Shown here: one piece after another, positions 39,748 to 53,327 of the stretch | Layout: each line of letters opens with the position of its first letter | How positions within the stretch are numbered: position 1 is the first letter of the stretch | NCBI RefSeq assembly: GCF_001194135.2 | Contig: NC_068999.1 | Location: forward strand, 32,953,910-33,017,909 | Source of the DNA: Octopus bimaculoides | Lineage: Eukaryota | DNA: 64,000 bases | Direction: 5' to 3' | Made by a program: the position numbers and the translations under genes | Notes under the pieces: generated by a model | The model's database searches: none | What the model saw: the letters and a program-made list of their open reading frames with translations, nothing else | Told to the model about the DNA's origin: nothing

Positions 39748-42559
39748 AAATGGGTTTTTTTCAATTTCTCTCCAACAAATCCACTCACAGGCTTTGGTCA
39801 GCCCAAGGTGCCACACTCTAGAACTGAACCTGGAACCATGTATTTGGAAAGCAAAAAGCCAAATGTGTTTCAAGTGGGTTGAAGTTGGTCAGTTTTGACT
39901 TGTACTGGACTACTGCTTGATCCAGTTATTTAAATTTAACTGTCTGACACACCTGTACAATGGGTATATAACAGTAAGCCAGATATCCAGCTGTAATATA
40001 AACCATACCATTCACATATTTCTGAAACCCACTCCATGCCACTGACATACTCTAACATACTTCTCCACTTCTCACATACTCTATACTGCTACATAAACCA
40101 TACCATTTCATATGTAAGGACTGATGTTCCTATCTTTCTGAATGACTTTATTTCATATCATACATGAAATGGAATGTTTTTCAGTCTAAACTGGATCACA
40201 TTTTATTGTCTAGAAACTGGCTTATCTTTCATAGCATTCCCTAAATTATATACACCTCAACACACACAGATTTACTACAGCTGACCTATAAATGATTTAT
40301 AATATTAGCTCATTAATTTGTTTAAGAAATATAGTCAACAGGATTGGTCCTGATACATTACTGGTATTTAAACACTGACATCAAGGAGATACAAAGTTAA
40401 ACCATGGTAGTAATTAAACTCAAAATGTAGAGGGTTGAAACTAAATTGTGAAAGACATTTACTCTGGTCGTAACAATTTAACCATACCATCGCATAATTT
40501 ATTAATGATGATGGTCATTTTGATGATAATATTGTAATGGAAGCTCAGAGCCCTACATTTTGGGAACATAGTATAGTTGATTTGATATGATGTATATCTG
40601 TTATTTTATCACTCCACCTTCTTGGTTTCACAAAAACCAAGTTATCCCTTGCAAAGGTCCATTTCTACATAATCTAAATATGTTACAGTATATATTTATT
40701 GTTGTAGAACATTAATAATACTTTCATAATTAATGTCTTACATTTAATCACACAACATTTATGGCATGGATGCAGTTGATATGTTTCTAGTATCTGACCA
40801 GTATTTTATTTATCGTGGAAGACCTCAGCTACATTCTCAGAAGGGAATCTAAAGGAATCATCATCATCATCATCCTTTAACAGTCTGTTTTCCATGCTGG
40901 CATGGGTTGGACAGTTTGACCAGGGCTGGCAAGCTGGAGACCTGCTCCAGATTCCGTTCTGATTTGGCTTCATTTCTACAGTTGGATGCCTTTCCTTATG
41001 CCAACCACTCTACAGAGTGTGCTGGGTGCTTTTAATGTGGCTCTAGCATGAGCTCTTTTACGTGATACCAGCACAGGGCTCTTGTAGGCCAATCCACTTC
41101 AGCAGGAGATGCAACCTTAATACTTCTGCTGTGGAGGATAAATCATCTTGAGTACAGTAAGGTGCCAGGTATCCCAGTCCTTTGTCAGTAAGGCACCAGG
41201 ATATTTCAAAGAAATCCTTTCATAGATATAACCTATTTCAAGTTTTTTTTTTACTAAAATTATACTCGGTTACTTTTACTGGCAGAACGAAGGGCAATGT
41301 TTGTTTGCTTGTTAGTGTTTTAGTGAGGAATGGGTGTTGTCAATGCAAGTGTATGTTATTGGTATTTAACCAGAGGAAACAACCATGAAGATATTTGGAA
41401 CAAAAATATAGGGTACAAATAAATTAAAACATTTGTTAGCACTGTTTCTATGGTAATATCTGAAACGTGGTTTGAAAAAGTTAAAGTTGTCAGCTCTGCC
41501 TTTATCACCATCACTACTGTCATCACTGTAATCACTACCATCACCATCATTTCTGTCATTGTCAGCAACACCATCACATTCATCCTCCATTATCACCATA
41601 GTTGAAATGTTATACAACATAGTGGAATGTTATATATTTGAGACTATCCCTTCCTCCCACACATTTCCTTTGTTGTTGTTAGTCAAGTGCTCCAGTTCCG
41701 TTTGTCTCTCTCTCTCACTATGTTAACCATGATGGGGATTTCCTCACCCATGTGCCAGCAGCACTTAGTGTTTACTACCATGTCTCTGTCTGCAGAAATG
41801 ACCTTTCTACTAAATTACTGTCACTTCCTACCTCAACTTCATTATTTAGCTCTGCCACACTGCACTTATGTTAGCAAACATAGTATTTACTACCCAGTGA
41901 CTATTTTCTCATTTACACACCACTTCCTTCTCGGCATAAACTCCATCCTCTATTATATCTACTTATAACTATGTATATATAAAGAGTATGTTTGTGTTGG
42001 AGCAATCACCACTGCCATTGACAAAAACTTAGCATTTTACTATGGACTGCCAATGAGTTTTAACATTCTCTAATACATATGTCTGTGTGTATATGTATGT
42101 ATGTTGGTTTGTTTGTTTGTTTAGTGTCCAGTTTTTCATACTAGCATAGGTTGCTGAATTGGGACTTATTTGAAGAAAGATCTTACAGTCAGATGCTCTT
42201 CCTGTCACTAACTTTAACCTGTTTTTCAAGTAAGGGATTTTTTTATTGCATATGTTTTCAGAAGTACAGATTGACCTTTCATTATGTCAACATGGAATGT
42301 AAACATCATTATTTAGACTCGGAGTAACAAACTGTAGAATATCATCAACATTCACTGACAATTAGCACATGCAACAAGTTTTTTACACTTACCTTCTACA
42401 AAATTCACTTACCCAAAATGCCATGCAGAATAACCAAATTAGAAACCACTTGACTAGGAAACAAATTTCTTATGGTTCCCAACCACATGGTTCTAGGTTC
42501 ATTTACCAGTGGATGGGCAAATTGATTTGCAGACAGATGAGTTGCTGCACAACTGAACT

Positions 42560-43330
42560 GTGATCACAGTGCATCACCCAAAGACTTTGAGCATTGGAAA
42601 GTATGTGCAAAGTGGGTATCTTGGCAGTTGACACCAGATTTGAAGGATAGAAATCTGTCTGCTCTGATCTGCTGGAAATATCTAAGGCCAATGTGATGAA
42701 AAGTGGGCATGTGTTTATTGTTTGGAAATAAAGGCTTAGTCAATGGAATGGAATCACTCCTGTACTCCAAAGCCATAGCCTGTGATTAGCACAGAAAATT
42801 ATGATGACTGTTGTTTGGGTTGATAAGGGCATTATTCTCTTTGATTTTCTGGAACATAGCTATACTTTAACTCGAAAAGCTTAGATAAACCAATAGGAGA
42901 AAGAGTCTGAACAAAAATCTGAAAATTATTCACATTCACCATGACAATATGTGAACACACGTGTCTTTGCAACAAATCAAGTAACTGATAAATGAAGCTG
43001 GTCAGTTGATCCATCATATAGCCTTGATCTGGTGTCCTCCAACTTCTACCTGTTTTGTCCAATGAAGGATGGTCTTTGAAGATAATTTGATGACCATAGA
43101 TAATGTGAAAGCTGCTGTGAAGAAGTGGGTTCAAGAATGCACACTTTGAATTTTTTTCAAAGAGGATTCATGAGTTTAGTTCAAAGATGACACAAAGGCC
43201 TGGCTTGTAATGAAGACCATGTTGAATACAAAAGAAGAGTTACTCCACCAACATGTGAAATTTGAATGATGTATGTCAGTTTATAAAAACATTTTGCCCA
43301 CTTTTATATTATTTTCAGTATCACCCTCAT
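42560..43330 (+). mobile_element. Degraded mariner (Tc1/mariner) transposase pseudogene
   Basis: KVCAKWVSWQLT (cf. WVPR/HEL), KIMMTVVWVDKGIILFDFLE, IHHDNM (HDNA), PSYSLDLVSSNFYLFCPMKDGL (YSPDLAPSDF), FFQRGFMSLVQR*HK...DHVE. Multiple stops and frameshifts. Confidence 0.85.
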
Positions 43331-43719
43331 GTGTCAAAACAGTTGAAAAAGAAAAAAAAAAAAAACGAAAACAAAGCATGAGTGCGATATATCTGATCAC
43401 CACTTCAGATGAGTACTTCAAATGAGTATGAAGTATCTTGGCATTTTGGAACTTAGTCCTTTTTCAGAAAGAACAGGAGAAAAAATAGAGAGTGAGAGTG
43501 TGTAAAAATAAAAATAATTAAGAGAAGGTCACTGGAAGAAGGTGAACGGCAAAAAGGCAGGTGGAAAATATATAGATGAGAGATAAAGACCAGAACAACT
43601 ATACTGAGAAAGAGTGATGGTGTGTGTTTGAAAAAAGTTAGTGTTAGGAATTCTGAGGAAATAAGTATGTGCCATATGAGGAGGTGAGATGTATTTTGGG
43701 TGGGGCTTTTTTCTTTACA

Positions 43720-44300
43720 TCATCTATTACTTGTTTGGTTTCCGATACTTGCATTAATGTGTGTTCTCCAGTGCAACATATTCTCACTGGTTGTGCTCAT
43801 TTGTCATTTCCTTCGTATGATTCAGTTCTTTAAGGTCAGCCTTCACTACTTCTTACCATGTGTTCCTCAGTCTTCTTTTCCAGCAGGTTCCTTCCACTTG
43901 GGATCCCATCACTTAGCAGCACTTCTTTACCCAGCTGTCATCATCCACACTCATCATATATCTGTACCTCTGCAGTCTTCTTTATTCTGCACTATATCTG
44001 ATTCGTTTATTTGTATTCTGTTGTTCAAGTACACTATCATCATTCATTTAGTAATACCAATAGAAAGACAACAGTGAACTTGCTTTGGGGAGTGGAAGGT
44101 CTTGCCAATGCCAACCAACACTACTTTCTTTGGAGTCTGTTTGATCATATGAACCACAAAACTCTGCAAACTCATCTGTTTCACTATACCCAACTTCAAA
44201 TGTCTCAACTGAGAGTTGCACTACACCACATTTGGCTTTTCCACTCTCCACAGCAAGTTCACTGTACTCTTTTTTATCGATTTTATTAAGTAATACAAGT
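43720..44300 (-). mobile_element. RTE-clade LINE RT C-terminal remnant
   Basis: The minus strand reads MMSVDDDSWVKKCC..VEGTCWKRRLRNTW*EVVKADLKELNHTKEMT (cf. RMDEDSWVKKC..VEG..GRGRPRKTWxEVV..DL). Confidence 0.7.
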
Positions 44301-44857
44301 CTTGTTGATGTAAACCAACACTAGTCACTGGAATCTGTTTGATTTGCTGTATCCTTGCACCTCATCTGTATTCAATGCCCATCTTTTCAACTATTCAACA
44401 TTGTCCTTCATATATGTGCATCATGGTCTCCCTTGTGATTGTAGGGAGAATCTCTTTGTTTGCTATCAGAGATAATTATTCCATGGGTTCTCTTACTCTT
44501 AACATATTCCCGTTTCTGCCGTTCTGCTGTTTTGTTCTCTTACTTGTTTCAGTCATTTGACTGCGGCCATGCTGGAGCACCGCCTTTATATTTCTTATTA
44601 AAATAATTTAATCTGTACCTGTGCATGATTTTTTTCTAAAGGCAAAACTATTGGTTAACTCTTAGCACACTGCTAGTCCTTCCTCTAACTATCACATCAT
44701 ACCAATGCAAAACTATCAATTCTCTAAGTTTCACTTTTCTAAATTTCACTTTTTAACAATGTAAACAGGAAGTTGGTTCAGTTTCACTTCAGGCAGTGTG
44801 GGAGAGTTAGTTACTGAGTGATTGGAAAATGTAAGAGATACAAAGAGAGTGAAGGAA

Positions 44858-44899
<42 letters not shown>

Positions 44900-45578
44900 G
44901 GTGTCTGTCTGAAAGAATAATTTGGATTTCATAATACATTTGGTGAATTTGAAGTATCAAGACTAAAGATTATATTCACATGATAGATTACTTAGTGATG
45001 CAAAGACATAGCTAAAGGAAAGTTGTTGATCAGTTGAAAAAGATATCCAAAGTTCCTTTTGTATTGTGGTAATGGAGAAGGAAGTACTACAACCTGTTGC
45101 CTCTTTATGTAAACAGCAGATATGTCATCACACTTTCTTAAAGATGGCATGTTAGCGCTGTTGTATGTGTGTGTGCGTGCACACATGCACAAATGTGTTT
45201 CTATGTTTGTACCTGTTTTTTTTCCGTGCGTATATATATACAAATAAGTGAGCTATGTTGTGTGTGTGTGTGTGTGTGTGTCTCTACAACAGTTCATTAT
45301 GTGTGTGTTTGTGTGTGTACATGTTAGCTAGCTACTAATTCTTTGAGAAACTAAATCTTCACTCTACTACTACTACTACCACCACCACCTCCACCATATT
45401 TAACTTGCGTTAGTAGTTACAGTTGCTTGCTCTACCTTCAAGTCTCTTACCTCATTTACTGTTTTCTATTTAAAGAGTATATTGCTGACTGAAGTAAATC
45501 TAGCTTCCATTCTATCTAACTACACACACATCTCTACTGTAATTGCCCAATTTACTCTGATCCAGTTAAGGTCACATG

Positions 45579-45614
<36 letters not shown>

Positions 45615-46257
45615 GTAGTGATTAGCTGGCTTCAGACATTACAGCTAAGGTTATGTTGAAGCACTGCCTTATGTAATGTCAGCTATCTATAAAATCCATT
45701 TGTTACCTTTCAGTATTTCTATTTCACTTAGAATTGTTGTTGTCATTTAACCCCAGTTCAGCCTTGATTGAGCCAATGAGACAACTCAGCCTTGGTTATT
45801 CCTCTTAAATTCTTATATAAAAGAATGTAGTTTTTATGCACTATATATTTTTGCTTTTAGAAGATGATTGGGTATAATTTGAGGAAGATATTGCTGCTAT
45901 TTCTGTCAAATTAAGTAGCTACATAGCTTCCTAGTTAAAGTTATTAGAAGAATCAGTTTTCATCATCTTCACCGCAGCTGTTATCGTCTTTAAATGTGAT
46001 CCATAAAAATTACTGTCTTTCTCTCTCTGCTTATTTGATTCTTTCTCTTTATCTGTCCATGTGTTTGTCTACTTCTGTCTTTCTCTTTCACTTTCTCTGT
46101 CTCATATTTTCTCTGATATCAAAAATTAAGCCGTATGACAAAGGGATGTTTTTCCACTGTTGACCTGTTGTTATTCCCTTCTCTTCCACCGCTGTCTGTT
46201 AACCTGTCATCTCTCTCCCTTCTTTGCTAACTCATCATCTCTTCTCTCTCACCACAG

Positions 46258-46425
46258 TGTCTGTTAACTTATCTTGGATTTGGTTGCTATTATTATTTTC
46301 AATGAACTGATAAGGTGGGGTCTTTTGTAATATTATCGTATAGTTGTCCATGGTAATTGGATGGGATGGAGAATGGATAAATACTATCTGGGAACTGATA
46401 TGAGCTATGAAAGTATGAATGGAAG
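46258..46425 (+). CDS. Candidate start-codon-containing exon of Dlg (5'UTR plus MGWRMDKYYLGTDMSYESMNG + R; CDS 46361-46425)
   Basis: GCTAAC branch point (46226-46231), pyrimidine tract and cacAG acceptor (46256-46257). In-frame stops at 46265 and 46328, then ATG 46361 open to AG|GTGTGT (donor 46426, phase 2). CpG cluster immediately downstream (gcgcgc, acgtt, tcga). Confidence 0.5.
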
Positions 46426-46569
46426 GTGTGTGTGTCTGTGCATGCGCGCGCATACGTTAAAATAACGTAATTGTATTAGCTAACTGTTGTCTAGGAAATG
46501 TCGAAATGAGTATAAAGGTTGTTAGTGCTTTTAGTAGTAAAAATTGTTTCTGATTTAGGTACAGGTCCT

Positions 46570-47250
46570 AAAATTTAAGGGCAGGATTATATCCACTCCC
46601 TAGTACTTTTACTTGATTTTATTGACATTGACCTTGGAAGTATGAAAAGCAAGGTGAGCCTCTGTGGGATTTGAACTCAGAACGTAAAGACGGATGAAAT
46701 GCTGCTAAGCATTTTGCCCAGTGTACTAACGATTCAGAAAGCTCACCACCTTAATAATAATATTAATAATAATGGTTTCAAATTTTGGGAGAGGGAGTTA
46801 GTCAAATACATAGACTCTAGTGCTCAACTAGTACTTATTTTATCGACCTTGAAGGAATGAAAGGCAGAGTCAACCCCAGCAACATTTGAACTCATGAAGT
46901 CAGAAGAAATGCTGCTAATCATTTTTTCCACCAAGGCAATGATTCTGTCTGCTTGACACCCTTTCTGCCCTAGGTGTCAGGAAGACCCTTGGCAAGAAAT
47001 AGAAACAGAATTGAAAGATGATGATAATGAAAATAATGATAATAACAATAATTTCTGATTTAGATGCAAGATGTGCAGTTTTCCAAGACAGGATTAGTTG
47101 ATTACATCAACCTCAGTACTCGACATCTTTGTTTTATTACTCAAAAAGGATGAAAGACAAAGTTGACTTTGGTTGGACTTGAATTCAGAACTTAAAGAGC
47201 TAAAAGAAATACTGCATTTTTACCTGATGCACTAACAATCAATCAACCAA
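46570..47250 (-). mobile_element. (ATT)n-tailed SINE array, reverse orientation (3-4 copies)
   Basis: gaactcagaacgtaaagacggatgaaatgctgctaagcattttgccc and tagtacttattttatcgacc are reverse complements of the family motifs. Confidence 0.8.
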
Positions 47251-48224
47251 CCTCTAATAGTAATAATGATGATTTCAAAGCCACACATTCTTAAGGGACA
47301 TGCATTGTGAATTTAATTGAATATTTAATTTAAACATAAATTGTATGTTGCCAGTAGTACTCTTCTGGTGCTGTGGGATGAAAACAAAGTTGAATCCAAT
47401 TGGTTTTCAACTCAAAATTGTAAAGGATCACAGCTAAACGCTGTTGAGCTTTTTTCAGTTGTTTTATTACTGCCACAAGGGCATCATAGGGAAAACTTCA
47501 CCTGGACAAATTACAAAAGCTGTTGGGGAGGTTTTACGATTTAAAAAGAAAAAAGGCATAAAGAACATACAGTGAAATGAAATCATTTCAATGGTGGGAG
47601 ATTGGTAAATGTTTAAGCCTAACCAAGGAACCCCACTGATCTCAAATAATGGGAGCAGCAGCCACCTAAGCCCAATCAAAGAACTGCACAGATATCAAGG
47701 TACTTTGATTATGAAGGGCAAGTGTCCTTTTCCAGCATAACCTACATTGAATATAAATTAATCAAATATTTGCTGGGATTGGCAAGTCACTTATTCAGAG
47801 ATATAATGTGATGATGTAACCTGATTCATATATGATATTACACATTCTCTTCAATGATATTTGCAGATTCAAATACAACTATGGCATTCATTCTTTTAAA
47901 ACTTTTTAGTTGGCCCTGGTCAAGTAGGTATTCCAACTAAACCTACCTTGTGTTTTTTTGTGCTATGATAGATAGTCTTTGCTTTGTTATCTAATCGTAT
48001 AGTTTTTCTAAAATAGCAGGTTGTGATCAAGATGCTATTTCTAGTTGATTGAGCAACCTTATAGGTGCTGTCTCGTGGGTTTGTTTAGAGTTCAATATAT
48101 CAAGGAAGATCTTGAATACCACAGTCTTATTCCTTCTACCACTATTTCCTCTGTAAATATGTGAGTCTTTAGGATTTAAAATTGCTTACTTGCCATTTAG
48201 CTTATCAAATACCACCTGAGATCA

Positions 48225-48257
<33 letters not shown>

Positions 48258-49499
48258 ATGAGAGGCTTAATTAATAGCAACAGGATGGTTTTTACAACCA
48301 ACAAAATAGAATAAAAAGTGTGATTCTCTTAGTTTCTGGAACATCTAAATTGTTGAAATAACCAGTTGTTTGCATTTACCATGCAGCTACTGAACGTGTG
48401 CGCACACACACACACAATGAATTTTGCTTTACAGCTGCTGATTTCAGACTCAGCCTCATTGTATGGCACAATAGATGAGTGTCTTCTGCTACAACCATGG
48501 GCTGACCAATGCCTTATAAGCACATTTGGTAGGCAGGACACTATACAAAGCCTCTCTTGCACATGTATATGCATTTGTCTGTGTGAATGTTTACGTTCTG
48601 TGCTTGAAATCTGGATGGTGATGTTTCTTGACACTTTCCTGTTGATAAAATTCTCTAGTAGCTAAGCGTTTTAAAGGCAAGTGAAAACAAGTGCTAGCAA
48701 CCAGAAGGGCATCCAGCTGTAAGGCAAAACCTCAATAGTATTTATATAACCCATGCTAGCATGGAAAAACAGATGTAAAACAGATGAATGAATATCACTT
48801 CATAATGAGCTGCCTATTAAGTTGATGACATGTGAAACATTTGATAACTCTTTATTGTGATATGTTTTACTTGCTGAATGCTATTGTAATTAGGATTGGC
48901 AGTTAATTAGAGTAGAAATTTAGTTTGTAAGGAGGTGCGGGTGAATGTGGTTGTTATACTCATATTTGTATATTGAAGAGGAAATAGTTTCTGTCATTTC
49001 AATATCTATGAAGTCCAATACCATTGTATTCCAATTAATAATGAAGGGTTTTTTTTAGGCCATTGGGATACAACTTCTAATTTATGAGCTAGGTGGCAAA
49101 ATAGGATAATGTATCATATTGAGACTTTTCCCTCTCAAATGTTTGTCGGTGTGAGTACTTCAGTAATGGTGAACTATGTTATACATTTAGTCCTGTGGAG
49201 TTTGTAGGTTCAAATAAAGATAGAATCTATTGTGTTTTGAAAATATTCTGAGCTGATTTGCTGCTTTTGTAATAAAGTCTGAATAGGACAGGATTTATTA
49301 ACATCATTAATAAAATGCATTGGCTTCAGCTGGAAATCTCATTGCTCAACTTACAGAAGAGCTATAAATTATAAAATTCTAACAAGAACCACACTTACTT
49401 GGTCTTGAAACATGAACTGATCGTTTTTACATGGTCACAAAGACACTGAATTATAAGGAGGAAGTGGGTAGTTGTGAGTTGATAATTTATATTATTATT

Positions 49500-49940
49500 A
49501 TTAGAGCTGACAGAATCGTTAGCATGCCAGGCAAAATGCTTAGCAGTATTTCATTTGCCACTACATTCTAAGTTCAAATTTCGGCAGGGTCAACTTTGAC
49601 TTTCATCCTTTCGGGGTCAATAAAGTACCAGTTGAGTATGGGGGACTGGGAGGGCATTGAGTAGCCCTCTTCCTCCTAATTTCAGGCCATGTTCCTACAG
49701 TGGAGAGGATTATTATTATTGGGATTATTATGTTATGCAGCAAACTGGCAAAATCATTAGCATGCCAGACAAAATGCTTAGTGACATTTCATCTGGCTTT
49801 ACATTCTAAGGTCAAATTTTACTGAGTTTGATTTGCCTCTCCTCCTTTTGAGGTCAATAAATTAAGTACCATTTGACCATTGTGGTCAATATAATCAATT
49901 AACCCTCTCCTACAAAATTTCTATTGTAGAAAGGATGATT
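49500..49940 (+). mobile_element. (ATT)n-tailed SINE pair
   Basis: Two tandem copies beginning gagctgacagaatcgttagcatgccaggcaaaatgcttag. Confidence 0.8.
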
Positions 49941-50273
49941 ACTGGTAGAGGTCGGGGAGGGTGTAATATAAAGAACAGCCTAGAGATCTAGCACAGTTTG
50001 AACACAGAATAGTGAGATGTCAAATTAGTCTCTTTTAATGAATTTGGTCAAAGCAAATTGACTACTTTAGGCTCACCATAACAAATTGAATATGATCATT
50101 ACATTGTCATCACCATTTAACATCATTTTCCATGCTGACTTTGGTTGGATAAGGATGGTATTTGAAGTGATCTAAGAAATGTGTCATAAAAAAAACCTGC
50201 GAAGTTTGAGTGTTACTGTTGAGATGCTTCTTCTTAAATCCCTAGCTGGCAACTGGGGCAAGATTCTGTCCTC

Positions 50274-50640
50274 TCAACAATATACTGCTGTGGGTGCTTC
50301 TGGATGACGGACTCTGGTGATGTTATTCCACGCTTTCTCATCCATGGCGCTGACCTTAGCATGCTTGAGGTCAAGGTGCTGCAACTTCAGATCTTTCTCA
50401 ATTTTTATTTCGCCCATGTCTTCTTTGGTGCACTGCGCTTGATTCTCCAATGCATTTGTCGCTGCTGCCATAAAAGTTGGTGTGATAGTCTTCCAGTGCT
50501 CATCCTGCAGATGTGGCCAAACCACTGTAGCCAGAATTACTGGAGTTCGTCTTCAATGGTTTGTTGTCACTGGTATTGTTTTCAGATGTTGTTTGGGATT
50601 TGGTTGCGTAGAGAGACACCCACAGTGAATATGGATGGAG
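50274..50640 (-). mobile_element. RTE-like LINE 3' ORF remnant
   Basis: Minus-strand ORF ...KIEKDLKLQHLDLKHAKVSAMDEKAWNNI resembles the RTE C-terminal DL....A.DR..W motif. Some CpGs are retained. Confidence 0.5.
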
Positions 50641-53327
50641 AAAACTAAAGTGATGTTAGTGACAAAGAACAAAAGGATTGAGAACTCTTGGTACTAAATG
50701 ACATACACCATTGTTTTTTTCTATCCATATATATAACTACAGCAGTAGCATAAGTTCATGTTATGAACCTCAGATCAATAATTAAACTAATTTTAGCTTT
50801 CAACTAGAATCTAAAGATTTCTTTGATTAGTACCTGACTCAGACATCATATTCTTCCTTCCTTTCTCTGCATATCATGCCAATTAATTTTTTTGAATTTC
50901 ATGTTTTCCCTTTTTTCTCTTCATTTTGAAATAGGCACCAATTCTATTTAATCTTCTCTTTTCCTATTTACCAAATTGTTCATGAAATTTTTGCAATTTT
51001 CTCTGCCCTTGTTTTTTATTTTTTTATTTTTTTCTCTCAAACCCATTAATTCATCTCCCTCTTCTTTGCACAACTCCTTCCTATGAATCATTCACAAATT
51101 AAATTCCTTCTAACGTAACAAAAATTCCAGATAATTTCCTTGTCTAATTAATTGTAACCACCTCCTCCTCCTCCTCCTTTCTCAAGTGCTACTGATACTG
51201 CATTTTATTTTTTTAGTTACATTTATTTATGTCTTCTCTAAAATCTTCAGTCCTTCCCTTGTCTGCTACCAAACATTATTCATCATCACTTGCTGTCTAA
51301 TGTCTATGTTCCGATGTTGCCATCGTTATCTGTGGAAATTAGAAGGAAATTAAGGAAAATATTTTCTGCTTTGTAGCATTCATTTACCTTATTTATAAAA
51401 TGCAATTGCTTGTTATTTTATAACATTCATCTAAATTATTTATAAAAAAGTGACATTCTGTTATTTCATGAGTGTCTGAAGTATCTCTGTTACTCCATAC
51501 TCTATAAATTATTTTAAAACTGCTTAATAAACAAAAATATTAAAAATGGGACACTCACACCACTGCCACACTAAATAAAAACATTCAATACCCCACCGCT
51601 CCATCATGTGATGTAAATTTGATTATTTCAAGTTTCACAATTGAATAATTCTTTGGTTAATATAACCTTTACAGTTTTAAAACACAGGAGTATATCACCT
51701 GCTTACACAATATATGTATGATTACTCGAGAGTGAGAGGTGTACATATACATGTGTCTTGGACACTGGTATGGTTGAGTTGTTATTCGGCTTGCTTTGCA
51801 ATCATGTGGTCTGGTTCCAGATCCTGTGCCCACTGCATCACATCTTGTTCAAATATCTGTTACTTTGACCATGGATTGACCCCAAAGGTTACCAGTGAAG
51901 TTAAGTAGTATGAAACCGTAGAAACCCTCATATGGATTGTGCTTGTATTTCAAAGGTCCAACCTTACTGCACTAATTCTGCTTAAGAATTACATTTAGGG
52001 TATATATGTCTGTGGAATACTCAGACAATACTTACACAATAATTCATTAAGTAGGTAATTTAGTTAATGAAGCAACTGGAGTGCTCATTAATAAAACAGA
52101 TGTAAGATCTGTGTGTGTGTGTACGCATCTATGTGTATTATGCTTTATTAAAACATTGAGCCCAGCAATATGTGTATCTGTGTGTGTGCATCTATTGCAT
52201 GTGTATATGTGAATGTATTTGTGTGTGTCATCATTTTACATCATGGATTGTCAAGGTCTGCATCACCTTGCACACACATCAGAAGAGATACTTTGTTGTG
52301 TATAACTTGTAGTGTGGACTACTTGTTGATTCTTGTGCTACTGATACTGGTGTGGAGGACAAAATGTAGCCTTTCTTGTACACACTTCATCTGATTCCTG
52401 TTGTATCCACTCAGTTTCACAGCTCATCTGTCATTTGACAACATATCACAACCAGCAGATTGTTTATTTGATTTCTTTCCAGCCTTCACATATCTTCTAC
52501 AGTCAGTGTTTGTGTTTTACTACTATGTAACATTGTACTTTGTACATAAATATCATACAATTTGCTCATTCTTTCAAAGAAAGAGTACCCTTATGCCAAT
52601 CTGAGGTTATAAACCCCTTGGATGTTTTCTACCTATGCTGGCTGTTTTGCTTTTGGATCATTTGATTCCACTGCTTGATAGGTCCCCAAGATAGTGAAAG
52701 CTGTCAACTTCTGAAGATTTGAAAGGATTTATTCCAACAGTGAGTGGAACTGCTACTCTATTTCATCTGCTACATGCAAAATCATTCTTCTCTGTCAGTC
52801 TGCTTGTGCACTCATAGTTTACATTTGTTAACGTGTGTGTGTATTTATAACATGAACTGAAGTAAAGATATCATCAAAAGAATGGTGGTTATTTATATTC
52901 TAGTTTAGAATATGGTTCAACCTGTTGAGCCATAACACAGCACCAACTGAGATGAGAGAGGGTGGCAGCTATAAAAATTCAGCCACTAACCTTGTTCTAT
53001 TTTGACTGTAAACATCATTGAAACTTTCTACCCACAGCTCTTGCACCATAGATTATAAATATTTCAATATTCTAAATGATTGTGTTTACACTAGCGTTAA
53101 TAAATACACAAGCACATTGATACTTACCATTGCCACTTAATTTTAAGTATTTGATATTACTTCAGGTATCATGTTTTGCAAACTTTATTCAACCATTATG
53201 TCAAAGCATTCCTTGGCTACGTTCTCTCAGCATTTTCCAATATGTGTGTACACATGCGTGTGTGAGTTTGCAGGCATAGTCATGTGCTTAACGAGTTCAT
53301 TTTCAGCTTTGTGGTTCCTGGGTTGGT

